DNA of 63,679 bases, counting the filler, from Folioceros fuciformis (lineage: Eukaryota), in the NCBI GenBank assembly GCA_049999805.1. It is 7 parts of 7 records of this genome, joined end to end, with 100 filler letters (N's around TTAATTAATTAA, not from the genome) between each part and the next. Parts side by side here need not be neighbours in the genome. Positions count along the whole stretch, not along the records: positions 1 to 8,776 come from JBNGIO010003503.1; positions 8,877 to 16,522 come from JBNGIO010003504.1; 5 more parts are not named here. The stretch is one strand, 5' to 3'. Below the pieces are notes generated by a model that did not search any database, was not told where the DNA came from, and saw only the letters and a program-made list of their open reading frames with translations. Made by a program: the position numbers and the translations under genes. Shown piece after piece: positions 1-12,135 of this stretch. Numbering within the stretch: position 1 is the stretch's first letter; every line of letters starts with the position of its first letter.

Positions 1-3000
1 CTACATCAGAGCATAGACATATCCTGTACCTGCAAACGTCACAACCCAGTACCAAACCAGAATGTACCTGTTTGATTGGCCGTAAGCTGAGAAGCAGGTT
101 GTTCAGCTCCATCTCCACTTCCATGCTCTCGGCATCTAACTGAACGTCTGGAGAGAGCTTTTGGCCAACTTCACTGTAGAAAGCGGCCTCAAGCAAAGAA
201 TGGGCAGACTCTTGCTTCATGAGATTTGCTATCTCTGTCTTGCCAATGGCACTAGAACTTAAACTTCCCAGTACTGCCTGAAATTTTGATTGTTTGAGAA
301 AAGGTCAGACACAAGGTTGAACAATACATCTCCAGACTACAATCCTGAAGCCAGATACTACCTCTGTATATACTGCACGGCAGCGCTCTAGAGTTCGATC
401 TAACAGCGCATGCACCAGTTCCAGAAATTCTCCGGCATATACAGGCATTGACTGTGCCCATCCCAATACCTGCAAAAGCATTAGCAGTCACCCAACTGGG
501 TTATGCACAAAACCTTCAGGACACAACCATCTTGTGAAATTGGTCTGCCATTCAAGTGACCTTCATTCGATGGACTAAAATTCATCATGTACCTACAAAG
601 AAAAAAATCTCCAATTCGCAGGTAGGCCCGGCAGTACTTACTTCAGTAACAAGTTGATTTGCAGCCAGAGGGCCCTGCAGCACAGGTCGCCCTTTCTCAA
701 CAGAGGACCTGTATGATGCACCCACCCGTGATCTTGGCCGAAATGCAGCAGGGCCTGAACAAGTGGCATGCCCGCAGCTTAATTTTGCAAGAAGAGTGCT
801 GACGAGTGAGGAATTGACAAATACACCCGACAAGTCTCTACAAAACTTCTTTTCGACACATTACTTGCTAGGGCATCTGCCACTCGTGTGCGGTAATCAA
901 CCCGCACTATCGGCAGAAACTGATCTTTGATGAAATTCTCGATGAAACTTTGCAGACCATCCTTCCTGCTTGAACCAACAAAGAAATGAGAGACACATGA
1001 CCACACACCCAGTCTGGTTTTCAGAGAGTCAAGATAAAAGGCATTTCTAGGATACTCCTAGCAAACGTAAACTTGCTCCCTGAATAAACATCGAGTGTAA
1101 GAGATATGTACCCTAATTGCGAGTACTTCTTCGGAAGCAAATTCGAGACCTTATCTGTAAACTGCACATAGCCAGCCAGAAATCTCATCAGAGTTATGAA
1201 AGCCAGAAGACACATTGCGTTCTTCTCCTGCTTGTCAAAGCCAGCACCGTTAATGCAGCTCCTGTAAACCATATTTGCATTCACAAACCTGAAGAACGGG
1301 CCGATACACAGCAGAGGTGAGATAAATCCCCCTCTCTGAGAGTATACTAGCTGTTCCATAACCCTCCTGACCTCCAGAGGTACTTCTTCTGTTCCGTCCA
1401 TGCCGTAAACTATCTCCGCCAAGAGCCCTACTCAAGCTATCGCCTCCTCCTATCAGACAAAAGCAGAATCAGAAGCTCTGAAGCATCCGTGAGGAATATT
1501 CAGCCTACAGGAAGGAAGAAACTAAGAAATTTACCAGGAGATGAAAGAACTGTGTCTGTGAAGCGGAAGGCGAATGATAATCCCTCCTCAACAGCACCAT
1601 TGCTAAAGTCACAATTGAAACACATCAGAAACACTACCGCGTGATCACAAACAAAGCAATCGAGGACTGAGATTGGTGGTGGCACAAAGAAGCCAAGCGA
1701 GCTGTACCTCCCTATCAGCCACAAAAGGTTATCACCTTGAATTGTCAGGAGGCATTTTGCTTGCTAGGCGGGCTGTCTGGACAGCAGCATCTGCTGAGGC
1801 AGCATCTGGTGTTGCTCGAAGGATATCACAGATGAGCTGCTGGCATTCACTCTGACAACAAAGGTCGAATCAGTACATATCCGTAAGCAGTATGCATAAC
1901 GCCAGTGACAAAGAGCATCAGACCAATTCCTCACCTGCACCACAGTCAATGCAAAGCCCAAGCTGTAGCCACCAGTTGCACGGGCAATATCGGTATCTCC
2001 ATTCCAATGTGCATCACCATTTGGTTTCTTTGAAGGAGATGCACCAGTATCTGACACACTTGCCCTGGCTTCCAGCATCTCTCCAACTACAACATGATTT
2101 TCTACAGAGTTCGACATAACGCATCGTCNNNNNNNNNNNNNNNNNNNNNNNNNNNNNNNNNNNNNNNNNNNNNNNNNNNNNNNNNNNNNNNNNNNNNNNN
2201 NNNNNNNNNNNNNNNNNNNNNNNNNNNNGGACGGAGCAACAGGGCCAAAGACAGGGGTATCTGGAATAAATATATCGCCTTTGGATTTCTTGTTCTTGTA
2301 AGGCTTCTGGGCAGGTATCTTCTTGAACTTGATGACACCATTGACTCTGGGCAAAGCAAAGCCTGCTGTGGCGGTTTTGGAAACTTGCTCAACACGGGGC
2401 CTTGAAGCTTCAAGTGCTGCCGCACAGGCTTTGATCTCAGTAATTATAAGATCATGAACAGTGGGTCTAAGCCTTTGACTGCAACAACATTGTCCCAAGA
2501 GCAATTACAAGAAAAGAACTCGACCTGTTTCTGGCGTGGAACGATGTTGATAAACCAAAAACATCAAAATTGCACCCTGAATCTAGCAACCAGCAACTAA
2601 GTTATGCATTACCTTACTATTGCACCAGCAGCAGCAACCTTCCCCAGTAATGCGAGGCACTCCACCAGAGTTTGGAGGTACTTGACATTCCTAGTTGCTT
2701 CGCTTTTCATCATTACGTCCTGCATAGGCAGTAGAGCGACACAACTATGAAGCTACAGAAACACCTTAACAACCAAAACATTGACAGAAATTGCAAGCTC
2801 ATACAGTAAATTCATTTGGATTCGCCTCAGCTAGCCAAACAGGTAGCACTTTGGCATTCTTTTTGGCGTCCTTGCTTGCAGCATCCTCAGTAGATCCATT
2901 GGATAAAGGCCGCGTTAAGACAGTTTCCGACGAGGGTCCATCCGCAAGGTCCCCGTTCTGTGATTTGTCATCATCTCTACCATCCACTGACGAGCTGCAC

Positions 3001-5022
3001 ACAAAAGCTCGGTCAAAACAAAACACAGTAGACTCTCTCACAAGAACCATGGGGTTGAGAGCTCAGAACACTGGCGCTCACCCATCAACAGAACCACGAG
3101 CATCTGATGCCCTTTCAGAGCCAGACATTTGAGAGTCATGCCGACGCATTGTCCTAGTCCTTCTGGACACTGGTTGTGTTGGGGGAAGAGCAACAACCAA
3201 ATTGGATAGGTCATCATCCTTGTCATGCATGTCAGCCAGATTTTCACTGCAGACAGTAAGAAAGTTTTCAAATTAAGAGGTACAAACAGAACACTAGATT
3301 GCTGGGAACAGAATTCAGGCACTGTTTCCCTGCCGTAGAACAGAACCTCTCAAGGAAACCATCTACATAGTCCCTCCCACCAGCAAAGGATTCTACTACG
3401 ACTGAAAATAAAAATATAATTTCCTACGGTAAGGAGTAACCCCCGTACTACCTGTACTCGCCTTTGTTGTAAAGATGAAGATGAAGATCCTCAATAACTT
3501 TGAAAAATAAAACCCCTTTCAGTTTGGAGAGGTCTGCTCGGACATCCTGCAATGCGCCTACCTGCAGTGTGCAAAAAAACCATTTGACAAGCAAGAGAGT
3601 AAGGACGAATAGCGATTGCAACCAGAAAACAAAGAACCCCCTTAAGCCATCTGAGGACCACACACACTGGATCATGGCAATGCCCAAAAAGCTCCCAGAT
3701 AACATGTTCTTTTTGTGTTACTAATACAGAAGGCTGAGTCCTTATGCACCTTCTAGTGGGCAATTTAGTATACAAAACAACGATAACAAAGAGGTTGCCA
3801 AGTGGAAGACAGCAGCCAAGGATTCTCCGAATTCCCTACCACTCAAAATACAATTTTGGACGTGAGATAAAGAGGTAGGAGGAGGAAAGCAACTAGATAC
3901 TGGAGGGCAAGTCATGAAATGGATAGACTACATATGTAACAGATTATAAGACGGACTTCTTCGACCCGGAAACAACTGGCTCATCCTACATGAACTTTAA
4001 CGCTTTGATGAGTATACCAGCAGATAGAGCTTAGGTTGGGGAACAAGGTACCTGTCCCACCTCCTGGACAAAGCAGGTAGTGTGCTAAATCCAGACTCAG
4101 CTTCAGTAATTCGGGACATGATATATTCGACATTCAGGAGTTAGAAAATTTCAAGTGAGACTCAAAGTGAATTCCCTTATGTTTATTTGTGTTGGACAAG
4201 GAGCAAAGCCGACAACTTGCGCAGGACAGCCAAATGTGTTAATGAGTTCGTCAAGCATGTTCATACCGTCTGGATGCCTTCTCTTTCAAGCATACTAATT
4301 GACTGCACGTGGAGCTGCACAGCAGCATAATATCGCCGTTCCGCTATCAACTTGTCGATCCTTGCAGGGACCTGCGAGAAGAAGACAGGTGGTGAAAACT
4401 GACAACATTCCATGTCGCAAAAGAGCCAGCAGTCATGGCTGGAGACTACGTTGCAGAGGCGGATAAGGAGCCGTTTGAAGGAGGCGCATGTCCTGAATGT
4501 CTTGAAAACGAAGATGGCCGAGCTTCACCTTAGAGACATTGTCAATTTGATCAAGGAGTGCGATGACATGCCGCAAAGTAACAGATCGATACCACAGCTG
4601 CTGAAGCTGCTTGTGGCGCGTGCCAAGGAGGTTTTTGGCCTCCCCAAGGTTCCCCTTCAGCCCGCTGATGCTTGCCGCGGATTCACTAAACAGCCGCAGA
4701 ATCTGTGCAGCCCAAGAAAGAGCAAGCGTCCACTCAGTGTCCGTGCACAACCTGGCGCCACAGATCCAACACGAAGGGAGAAAGCCTTACACACCTGCGA
4801 GTAGTTGTGAATGGCCCTATTGAACCCATTGTGGTATCCCCTGACGACCTCGTCCACAAGCTCCTCGATCTCATCCCGCTGGTCCCGCAAGTGCTGCAGC
4901 GCCTCCTCAGGATCTTGGCACGTCAGAATTTTCACCACATGCGGCAGCGAATCGAAGCGAGCCTGCTTCCATGCGTCATCTATGCTATCGAGCTCTTCCT
5001 TCACAAATTCGATGTCACTCAT
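1..5022 (-). CDS. SEC8: Exocyst complex component SEC8 (multi-exon; 3' end runs off the window start)
   Basis: Spliced translation of exons about 5022-4795, 4702-4529, 4371-4267 and 3561-3452 gives MSDIEFVKEELDSIDDAWKQARFDSLPHVV...GFNRAIHNYSQILRLFSES...LWYRSVTLRHVIALLDQI...VGALQDVRADLSKLKGVLFFKVIEDLHLHLYNKGEY, matching the plant SEC8 N-terminus. Later exons include LRPTVHDLIITEIKA and FIENFIKDQFLP. The first four exon borders are GT-AG. Confidence 0.93.
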
Positions 5023-5608
5023 GGTCACCGCGCCGATATCCCGAGGACAGATCCAGCTGAGTGTTCTTGTACATGTTCAGGAGCGATCAGCCGGGGCAGG
5101 ACGTTCCTCGTGGCCTCGTCCAGGTGCTCCGATCATCTGCCTCGACAGCGCAGACCAGGTCTGTCCTTTCCGGACATCATCAATTCACAACGTGGTTGGT
5201 GGAATCCTTCACTCTCGACTTCACTCTGCTCGCCCTAACACGATTCGAAAACCAGTTCAAGGCGTTTTCCTCACAGCAACGCAAATACCGCTTTACTCAC
5301 TTCCGGGCTGGCTGTTTCTGCTGTCGTGATCCTGACACGCGCAGAAGCCGTCGTGATTCACGTCCCGTGAAAATGATGCACACGCTTGCTGCCTCTCACT
5401 ACGATCTACTCGTCTGTGTATTTGAGTGCATACATCTCTCTCTACAAGTACAGTTACACATGCACATAGAGACGTCGTGAACGGATGGATGGACGGATGC
5501 TCCTTCCTTCCTTTCTCGCTGCCATTCCTGTCGGTAGCTGGCTGCATGGAAACAGGCGTGGATTCAACACTCCGGCACTGTGGCACAGAAAAGGGGTTGC
5601 TTCGTTCC

Positions 5609-8155
5609 TCAACGATTGTCTCCACACGAGCACATGCCATCGTGAAAATGATGGGTTCGATGGGCATCTCTGACCACGATGTCTCTCTGTTCAAGCCTGG
5701 AGATGACCTTGGTTCCGTTGTGGCAATGGTCACACATCCTGAGGTTCTTCACGACCAGCAGAGAGGTGCCTTCGGGAGTGTTGAGGAGGCCGAAAGCCAG
5801 AGCCAGTTTCTCAGCATGACCACACAGTGCATCCCCCACTTCCCTTTGGCCTGATGAATTCAGCACTTTGGCAGTGTTGGGGTCACGGGCTGCATCAGTG
5901 GATTCCAGCTCCAAGCCTCTCAGTTTGGAGAACAGGTCATTCCTTTGTTCCCCAACCGTGAACTCGTGGACCTTGTTGTTCACTTCGATGAGAGCTTTGG
6001 CTGGCTTCTTCCTGGCACCTGCACACGCTCTCAGCAACTCTATTTCGAGGGCATGTTGGAACATGCCGGCATCCGTGTAGATGCTGGACATGAGTGCATA
6101 CCCGGTAGCTTGCTGAGGTTCCAGGTCTACAAGACAGTCGAAACATGACCTTGCTCGCACGATGTCACTGTGGCTGCCACAGGATCTTAGCAGAGACCTC
6201 CAACCAGCTGCGCTGTGCTTGAGTGGTATTGTCTGCAACAAGGCCTCTGCTTCAGCCAGACGGCCGGACCTGCCAAGGAGGTCGACCATGCAGGTCTGGT
6301 GTTGTATGGTGGGAGTGATGGAATACTTCTCCACCAGCATGTTGAAGTAGAGCTGACCCTCGTCCACCGAAGCCACGTGACTGCATGCGGTAAGGAGGGC
6401 TGTGAATGTGGCTGCATCAGGCTCGATTCTCTGTTGCTGCATTTGATGGAAGCAGTGGATAGCTGCTGTGCAGTCGTTGTGGTGGCCGTATCCGTTGATC
6501 AGTGCATTCCATGTGACCACGTTCCTCTCAGGCAACGCCTCAAACGCAGTCCTGGCATCCACCAGACTTCCACACTTGGCGTACATGTCCACCAGCGTGT
6601 TCCCGACAGAGACCAATCCTTGGAGCCCCCTTTCGAGCACGTGAGCATGAATGAGCTTACCCTCCTGTAGCGCTCCTACACTGCCACATGCTTTGAGGGC
6701 ACAAACAAGCGTTGCTTCATCCGGGGTGAAGCCTCTCCCTTTCATGGCTGCGTACAGGTCAAGAGCTTCCTGACCAAGGCCATGCTGGACATATCCCGAG
6801 ATCATGGCATTCCATGTCACAGCATCCGGACCCGACAATCTGTCAAACACTTTGCGAGCATCCTCCAAGCTCCCACACTTAGCGTACAGGTACACAAGTG
6901 TGTTGCCTGCAGACCCAGTCACTTCGAGTCCCATTTGCAGCATCTGCGCATGGATCTGTTTCCCTTCCTGCAAGAACCCAGTGCCGCCACAGGCTTTGAG
7001 AGCACTGACGAACGTGGCTTCACTTGGTGTCCAACCCTCGTTTTGCATGCTCGCATACAATGTGAGGGCCTCATGGCAAAGGCCCTGAAGCACGCACCCT
7101 GCAATCACTGCATTCCATACCACGACATCTCTGTCCGACAATCTCCGGAAGACGGTGAACGCATCACTCACTCTCCCACATTTCAAATACATGTCCAGCA
7201 GGGAGCTCCCCACAAAAACGTCTGCCTCAAGTCCTCTTTCCAGGATCTGGGAATGCAGTTGCTTCCCTGCTGAGACAGCTCCTATGCTGCTACACGCCTT
7301 GAGAACTATCACCAACGTCTGTCCTCCCAACTCAGTACCATGCTCTCGCATCTCCCCATACAGCTGGAGGGCCTCGTGCCCAAGCCCATGCTGAACGTAC
7401 CCGGCCATCATCGCATTCCATGCAGCGGCATCTCGCATCAGCAGTCTGTCGAACACCTTTCGAGCGTCTTCCAGGCTCCCACACCTCAGATACATGACCA
7501 CCAAAGCGCTACCCACAAACGCATTCGCTTCAAGCCCCTGTTCCACGATCTGTGCGTGAAACCGGATGCCCTCAAGCAGGGCTCCTACACTGCCACAAGC
7601 CTTAAGCAGAAAGACGAACGTAACACTGTTAGCCAGCGTGCTCCCATCCCTTAGCATGCTCGAGTAAAGATCAAGAGCTGCATGAGCAAGCCCATGCCGA
7701 ACATACCCTCCCAACATCACATTCCATGTCACCACGTTCTTCCTCGCCAGTCCACCGAACACTCTGCAAGCGTCTGCCAGCCTCCCACACTTAACATACA
7801 TATCCACAAGTGCGCTCCCGACCATCACACTGGACTCAACACCAGCCTTAGCCACAGCAGCGTGCACAGACCTGCCCTTCAACAGATCCCCAGCACTCCC
7901 ACAGGCCCTCAGGGCATCCACGAACATGCTGCTCGAATCTGTCATCTCAAGGACCAGATCCTCAGCCTGCTCCACTTCACCATGCTCCCAATCTGAGCCG
8001 GCTCTCACAAATGCTGATGGTAACTTGCCAAACAACAAGCGTGCCCCCTGCATCCCCGTCCATCTCCCAACAGCCACACCTACCTTCAACCCACATCCCC
8101 TCGGGCCACACAACATGTCCCTGCAAACAAGCCTGCCCTTGCCCTGTCTGGCCAT
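5609..8155 (-). CDS. PLS-class pentatricopeptide repeat protein with E1-E2 and a DYW:KP-type domain (organellar RNA editing factor); intronless
   Basis: About 17 L/S/P motifs (e.g. DMYAKCGSL..AR.VFD, DVVVWNAVI) ending P2-L2-S2-E1-E2, then KKPAKALIEV...CGHAEKLALAFGL...KNLRMCDHCH...HHFHDGMCSCGDNR*. First ATG at 8155. Confidence 0.95.
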   Translation of the reverse strand: MARQGKGRLVCRDMLCGPRGCGLKVGVAVGRWTGMQGARLLFGKLPSAFVRAGSDWEHGEVEQAEDLVLEMTDSSSMFVDALRACGSAGDLLKGRSVHAAVAKAGVESSVMVGSALVDMYVKCGRLADACRVFGGLARKNVVTWNVMLGGYVRHGLAHAALDLYSSMLRDGSTLANSVTFVFLLKACGSVGALLEGIRFHAQIVEQGLEANAFVGSALVVMYLRCGSLEDARKVFDRLLMRDAAAWNAMMAGYVQHGLGHEALQLYGEMREHGTELGGQTLVIVLKACSSIGAVSAGKQLHSQILERGLEADVFVGSSLLDMYLKCGRVSDAFTVFRRLSDRDVVVWNAVIAGCVLQGLCHEALTLYASMQNEGWTPSEATFVSALKACGGTGFLQEGKQIHAQMLQMGLEVTGSAGNTLVYLYAKCGSLEDARKVFDRLSGPDAVTWNAMISGYVQHGLGQEALDLYAAMKGRGFTPDEATLVCALKACGSVGALQEGKLIHAHVLERGLQGLVSVGNTLVDMYAKCGSLVDARTAFEALPERNVVTWNALINGYGHHNDCTAAIHCFHQMQQQRIEPDAATFTALLTACSHVASVDEGQLYFNMLVEKYSITPTIQHQTCMVDLLGRSGRLAEAEALLQTIPLKHSAAGWRSLLRSCGSHSDIVRARSCFDCLVDLEPQQATGYALMSSIYTDAGMFQHALEIELLRACAGARKKPAKALIEVNNKVHEFTVGEQRNDLFSKLRGLELESTDAARDPNTAKVLNSSGQREVGDALCGHAEKLALAFGLLNTPEGTSLLVVKNLRMCDHCHNGTKVISRLEQRDIVVRDAHRTHHFHDGMCSCGDNR

Positions 8156-8776
8156 CAAAGACCCCAAGCTCCTTCGTGTCCCTGCCCCAAAACTGCACTC
8201 TCACCCATGATCAAAATGCAAGGTGTGAGCCCAGCAACGACTGACCACCTGCTGGATGCACCAGATGGACGTGAGCTTGCTCATTGAACCCCGCGACATG
8301 CCTGCAATCCAGCCCCAACATCCATCAAGTTCGTTACCGTGCCATCGGCATGTGGGAACGTGATCCTGGACCTCCAGCTGCTCCCTTGCTTGTTGCATGG
8401 CTGTCCTCAGAGGTCCCATGTTACGGACGACTCAAATACATACATATATTAATTAATACTCAATGAGAGAATTTAAAACTAAAAGTTAACAAATGTGTAA
8501 CAACTCTTGTGCGGTCTGGACGTGCGCCGTAACCGTAATGCTTGTTCTCAAAAATAAAACCCGACGTAGAGAGGTCCTCATGATGTCGTGCAACGAGGTG
8601 TGCTACCTCTACCTTCTGTACGTACATATGTACATCTTTCCAACGTGGGATGTGCTCAGCGGGCGACAACCCGTCTCCCGGTGAAATCTTTGCTGGAAAC
8701 GCATTTACCAAGCCTGCAGCTTTTGTAGGCATTGCTGCTCTTGGGGGAAACGAGAGGCGGAGAGAGGAGAGGCGGG

Positions 8777-8876
8777 NNNNNNNNNNNNNNNNNNNNNNNN
8801 NNNNNNNNNNNNNNNNNNNNTTAATTAATTAANNNNNNNNNNNNNNNNNNNNNNNNNNNNNNNNNNNNNNNNNNNN
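8777..8876. other. Artificial contig linker (N-run/TTAATTAATTAA/N-run)
   Basis: Six-frame stop linker flanked by Ns; the same construct recurs six times in the window. Confidence 0.95.
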
Positions 8877-9005
8877 TGATCAAGAAGGGCCAGCGCATCA
8901 AACAGAGAATGGCATCATCCGCAAATGGTGGGTGGGTGGGTGGGCCTTTCTACAAAGTCCCCAACTGGAATACGGACCGGTCCCACGAAGACAGGAGGCC
9001 ACCCA

Positions 9006-10614
9006 TTATTGGTTGCTAGGTCGGAGGTTCAGCAGGTCCGAGATGGAGCGGACCGAGTAGCCACGTCGTCGCAATCCAGGTAGCAGTTTCCGCAAGACCT
9101 GCAACCGAAGAGGGTGTTATTTTACGATATCTGCGAGAGCAAACTCTGACGAAGCATGAGGCAGAAAGAGAGTGTTGCTACCTGTGCCGTTTGGTGCTGC
9201 TGGGGTCTTCGGTCGTGCAACACAATCACTGCTCCAGGATGAACCTGTGGGGAGACAAAGAGGGGCAGAGGGCGACATGAATGGATTGAATTCACACTTT
9301 ACCAAGAGGAGAATTGGGCCTGTGGCATTCGGTGGTTTCTCTCACCCTCCAAAGTAGATACTGGGCAAGGAGATTTCCCTGAGAGGTGAAGACGTTGTCG
9401 AAGGGGAACAGCGATCCGAGAGCCGTGCGGTATCCGTGAGACTTGGCCCGTTCCACCATAAGATTCGTGAAGAAGCCATACCCCTGCATCCAACCCAGCA
9501 CGTTAAGTGCTAGTGAATGAAAACTCGGTGGGCAACCACCAGCACGCGAGGAGCAAATATAGTGGAGCATCCTTCCGACATACAGGACGAAACCACTTGA
9601 TGGGATTGCCGTCGGAGTCATGGAAGTAGAATTTGTTGAGACGGTTATCCACGGCTACCAGCTGCTGCTCGAAATCTGTCTGCCATGGCCCCATCAGTGA
9701 GCACGAATCTCACGAAACTCCACAAGAGACGCAGAGACAGGCCAAAAAAGTGGGGCAGCAATAAGCTGTGAAAATACCATCGAAAGACGCCATGAAGGCT
9801 CGTCAAACATGGTGTGATTGCCGACCTCGTGGCCTGAATACATGGAAATAACAAGCCCTTCATCACACCAGTGTCAACAGCGATGAGACTTCCCTCTCTC
9901 TTCGCCACCATTACACAGGCCATCAAAGAGCCAACAAACAAGACAGCAATTCACTCGTTCGTTCACATGAGTTCAGAGCAGATAGATGCCTTCTTTGTGT
10001 ATTCGCTCCACCAGAGCAGGACAATGGTCCATATTGTGCCCTATGATGAAAAACGTTGCGTTGCTCTGATTCTCCCTCAAGATGTCCAGGAGCTGGCCAT
10101 CGCAACAGCATCAAAACATGAGCAGAAACCACAAAAACAATACAAATCCCGTCCAATCTATCAAATTCCACAAACTCCTGCCCAAAAAAACCTGCCTCAG
10201 GCGTGATGTCTTCATGAGGACCATCATCGATCGTGAGAGCCACAACCAAATCTGCATGCAAGTCCATTCAAATAAGACGGCATCATCCCCTGCCTCTCCG
10301 CCACCCGCCCTTCACAAACCGGCAGTTTCTGCTCTTACACCGAACCTGCCGTACCAGTGGTTGGCTTGAGGAACAGAAGATCCTGCCGCTGCCTCTGCAT
10401 CCACCTCACCAACCAGGTCGGCTGGAAGGCCAACCTGCGATTGCAAACAACACATGGAATAAAAACCCGTACTTCACCTTGCCACTCCATTCCACAACCT
10501 CAAGCATTGCAGTCCATCCACTCCAACTCACGAGAATCCAATGGCAGCGACGCCGATCAAGATGGTCCCCGCCGCAGTCACCGCCGCCTTGGTGCAAGCG
10601 CCAATCAGGCCCAT
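9006..10614 (-). CDS. NodB-like carbohydrate esterase family 4 (polysaccharide/chitooligosaccharide deacetylase) with an N-terminal hydrophobic anchor; 9 exons
   Basis: Manual splicing gives [91 protein letters not shown]...GHEVGNHTMFDEPSW...KWFRPGYGFF...GSLFPFD...VHPGAVIVLHDRR...LRKLLPGLRRRGYSVRSISDLL...NQ*. CE4 motifs 1 (TxDD), 2 (NHT), 3 (FRP) and 5 (LHD) occur in order. Confidence 0.85.
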
Positions 10615-12135
10615 GCTCCGGCGCTCCCGCACCGCTGCGCCCTACCATTTCCCAGCCCCCGCCAAATCAATTTCAAGAAATCCGCGACCGGCCATCCCCC
10701 GCCCCCCCGCACCTCAAAACNNNNNNNNNNNNNNNNNNNNNNNNNNNNNNNNNNNNNNNNNNNNNNNNNNNNNNNNNNNNNNNNNNNNNNNNNNNNNNNN
10801 NNNNNNNNNNNNNNNNNNNNCCCGCTTCCTCCACCCCCTCACATCGACGCTCTCCCGCTCGCGCTCGCGCTCCCGTTCCCGTTCCCTTTCCCGCTCACCC
10901 GTCGCAGCTCCTTCCAGGAAACTGGCCCTGCTCACTCGCCTCCCGCCGTCGCTCAGAATGGGCGCGCGATTCCCGGAATGCGCATCCTCAGGCCACGACG
11001 ACGTCATCGCCAGAGCTCGACATTGGCCCCCCCGGCAGCAAGGCCCCAGCACCTTCACCAGCAGGCAGGCCATGGCTCACGCCAAGCGGGCCTCGTCCGC
11101 GAGAGATTTTCTGAGCTCTATCTCCTAACTCGTCTCAGCCTTTCTGAGTTGGGTTAACCCTCACCTGGTTGGCTTCTGTGAGGTAGCCGCTTAACGTTGA
11201 ACGGAGCCGCGTGGCCCGTGGCCCGAGCTCGAGGCGTGCATGGAGTATATCCGGTTCTTTTCTCGATGTCGGGGAGCGAGCACACAGCACTAGATTTCTC
11301 TCCTTCCACGCCGGGCGAGGAGGATAAACGGCCCGCCATAGCCTCGGGCGAACGAGGACACGAGCTCCCTGCTTTGCATCCCGGGCCCGATTCCGACTCC
11401 GAACCCCGAGTCCTCGCAACAGATCTGGTGATCCGAATCTCGTTCCTCTGCTGCGAGGTGTAGCCTCATTCGAACCACGAGAGTTCTTGTTTTCTAGCCT
11501 TTCCTCCCTTTCTTTGCAACGCCGGGATGAAAGGCTTTCTTAGAGCTCGTTGAATGTGGAGAGCGGTTTCGTCTTTCAGGGCATGTGTGCAGGCGTGGGG
11601 AAGGAAGGCGAAGCTTTATGTATGAAAAGAGGAATTGATGTAGCCGATTGCCGTGTTCCTTCCTCAGGCTCAGGAGCTGGCCCTGTCACAGAATCCAAGC
11701 ACCACAAGGCACAGCGCAGAAGGAGAAGTCCCGTTTGATCTTGGTATCAAATTCTGGCCCGGCGGCAAAGGCGACACGGCAGGCTGTGCATAGCTTGCTC
11801 TGATGAAGTGGAGCCATCCGTCTCCGTAAGTCTCGAATCCAGTGTGTTAAGTTTTCCTTGAGGCGATACCACGAAGTGGCTAATTAAAGAATGACAGTAT
11901 GGTCTGTTCTTGCACGGCGCGCGGGGACAGGTAGCTGCATGGCGTGCGCGGCAAGCCGTGGTGGGCCATCATGTGCGGGCGAGGTTGATGAACGCAGAAT
12001 CGACGCGGCGAAACTGGACAACACCACGATGCGGCAGTCGGTTGTCCTTCCACGACGTCGTCGCTGTTATAAATTTATTAACGTGACGAGTCACGTAGTG
12101 CGAGTGCGAGCGCGAGAGAGCAATTTGTGAGGGAG

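Noticed and set aside
5030-5180. Short upstream ORFs before SEC8
   Set aside because: The TSS is unknown and there is no conservation evidence, so chance occurrence cannot be excluded.
6215-8244. Many plus-strand ORFs opposite the PPR gene (likewise opposite the F-box, TMN, CAT and GRAS genes)
   Set aside because: They are antisense shadows of GC-rich coding sequence with no recognisable domains.
10821-11128. RSRSRS or ERERER ORFs suggesting an SR protein
   Set aside because: They arise from a short low-complexity nucleotide tract, have no RRM, and span an N gap.
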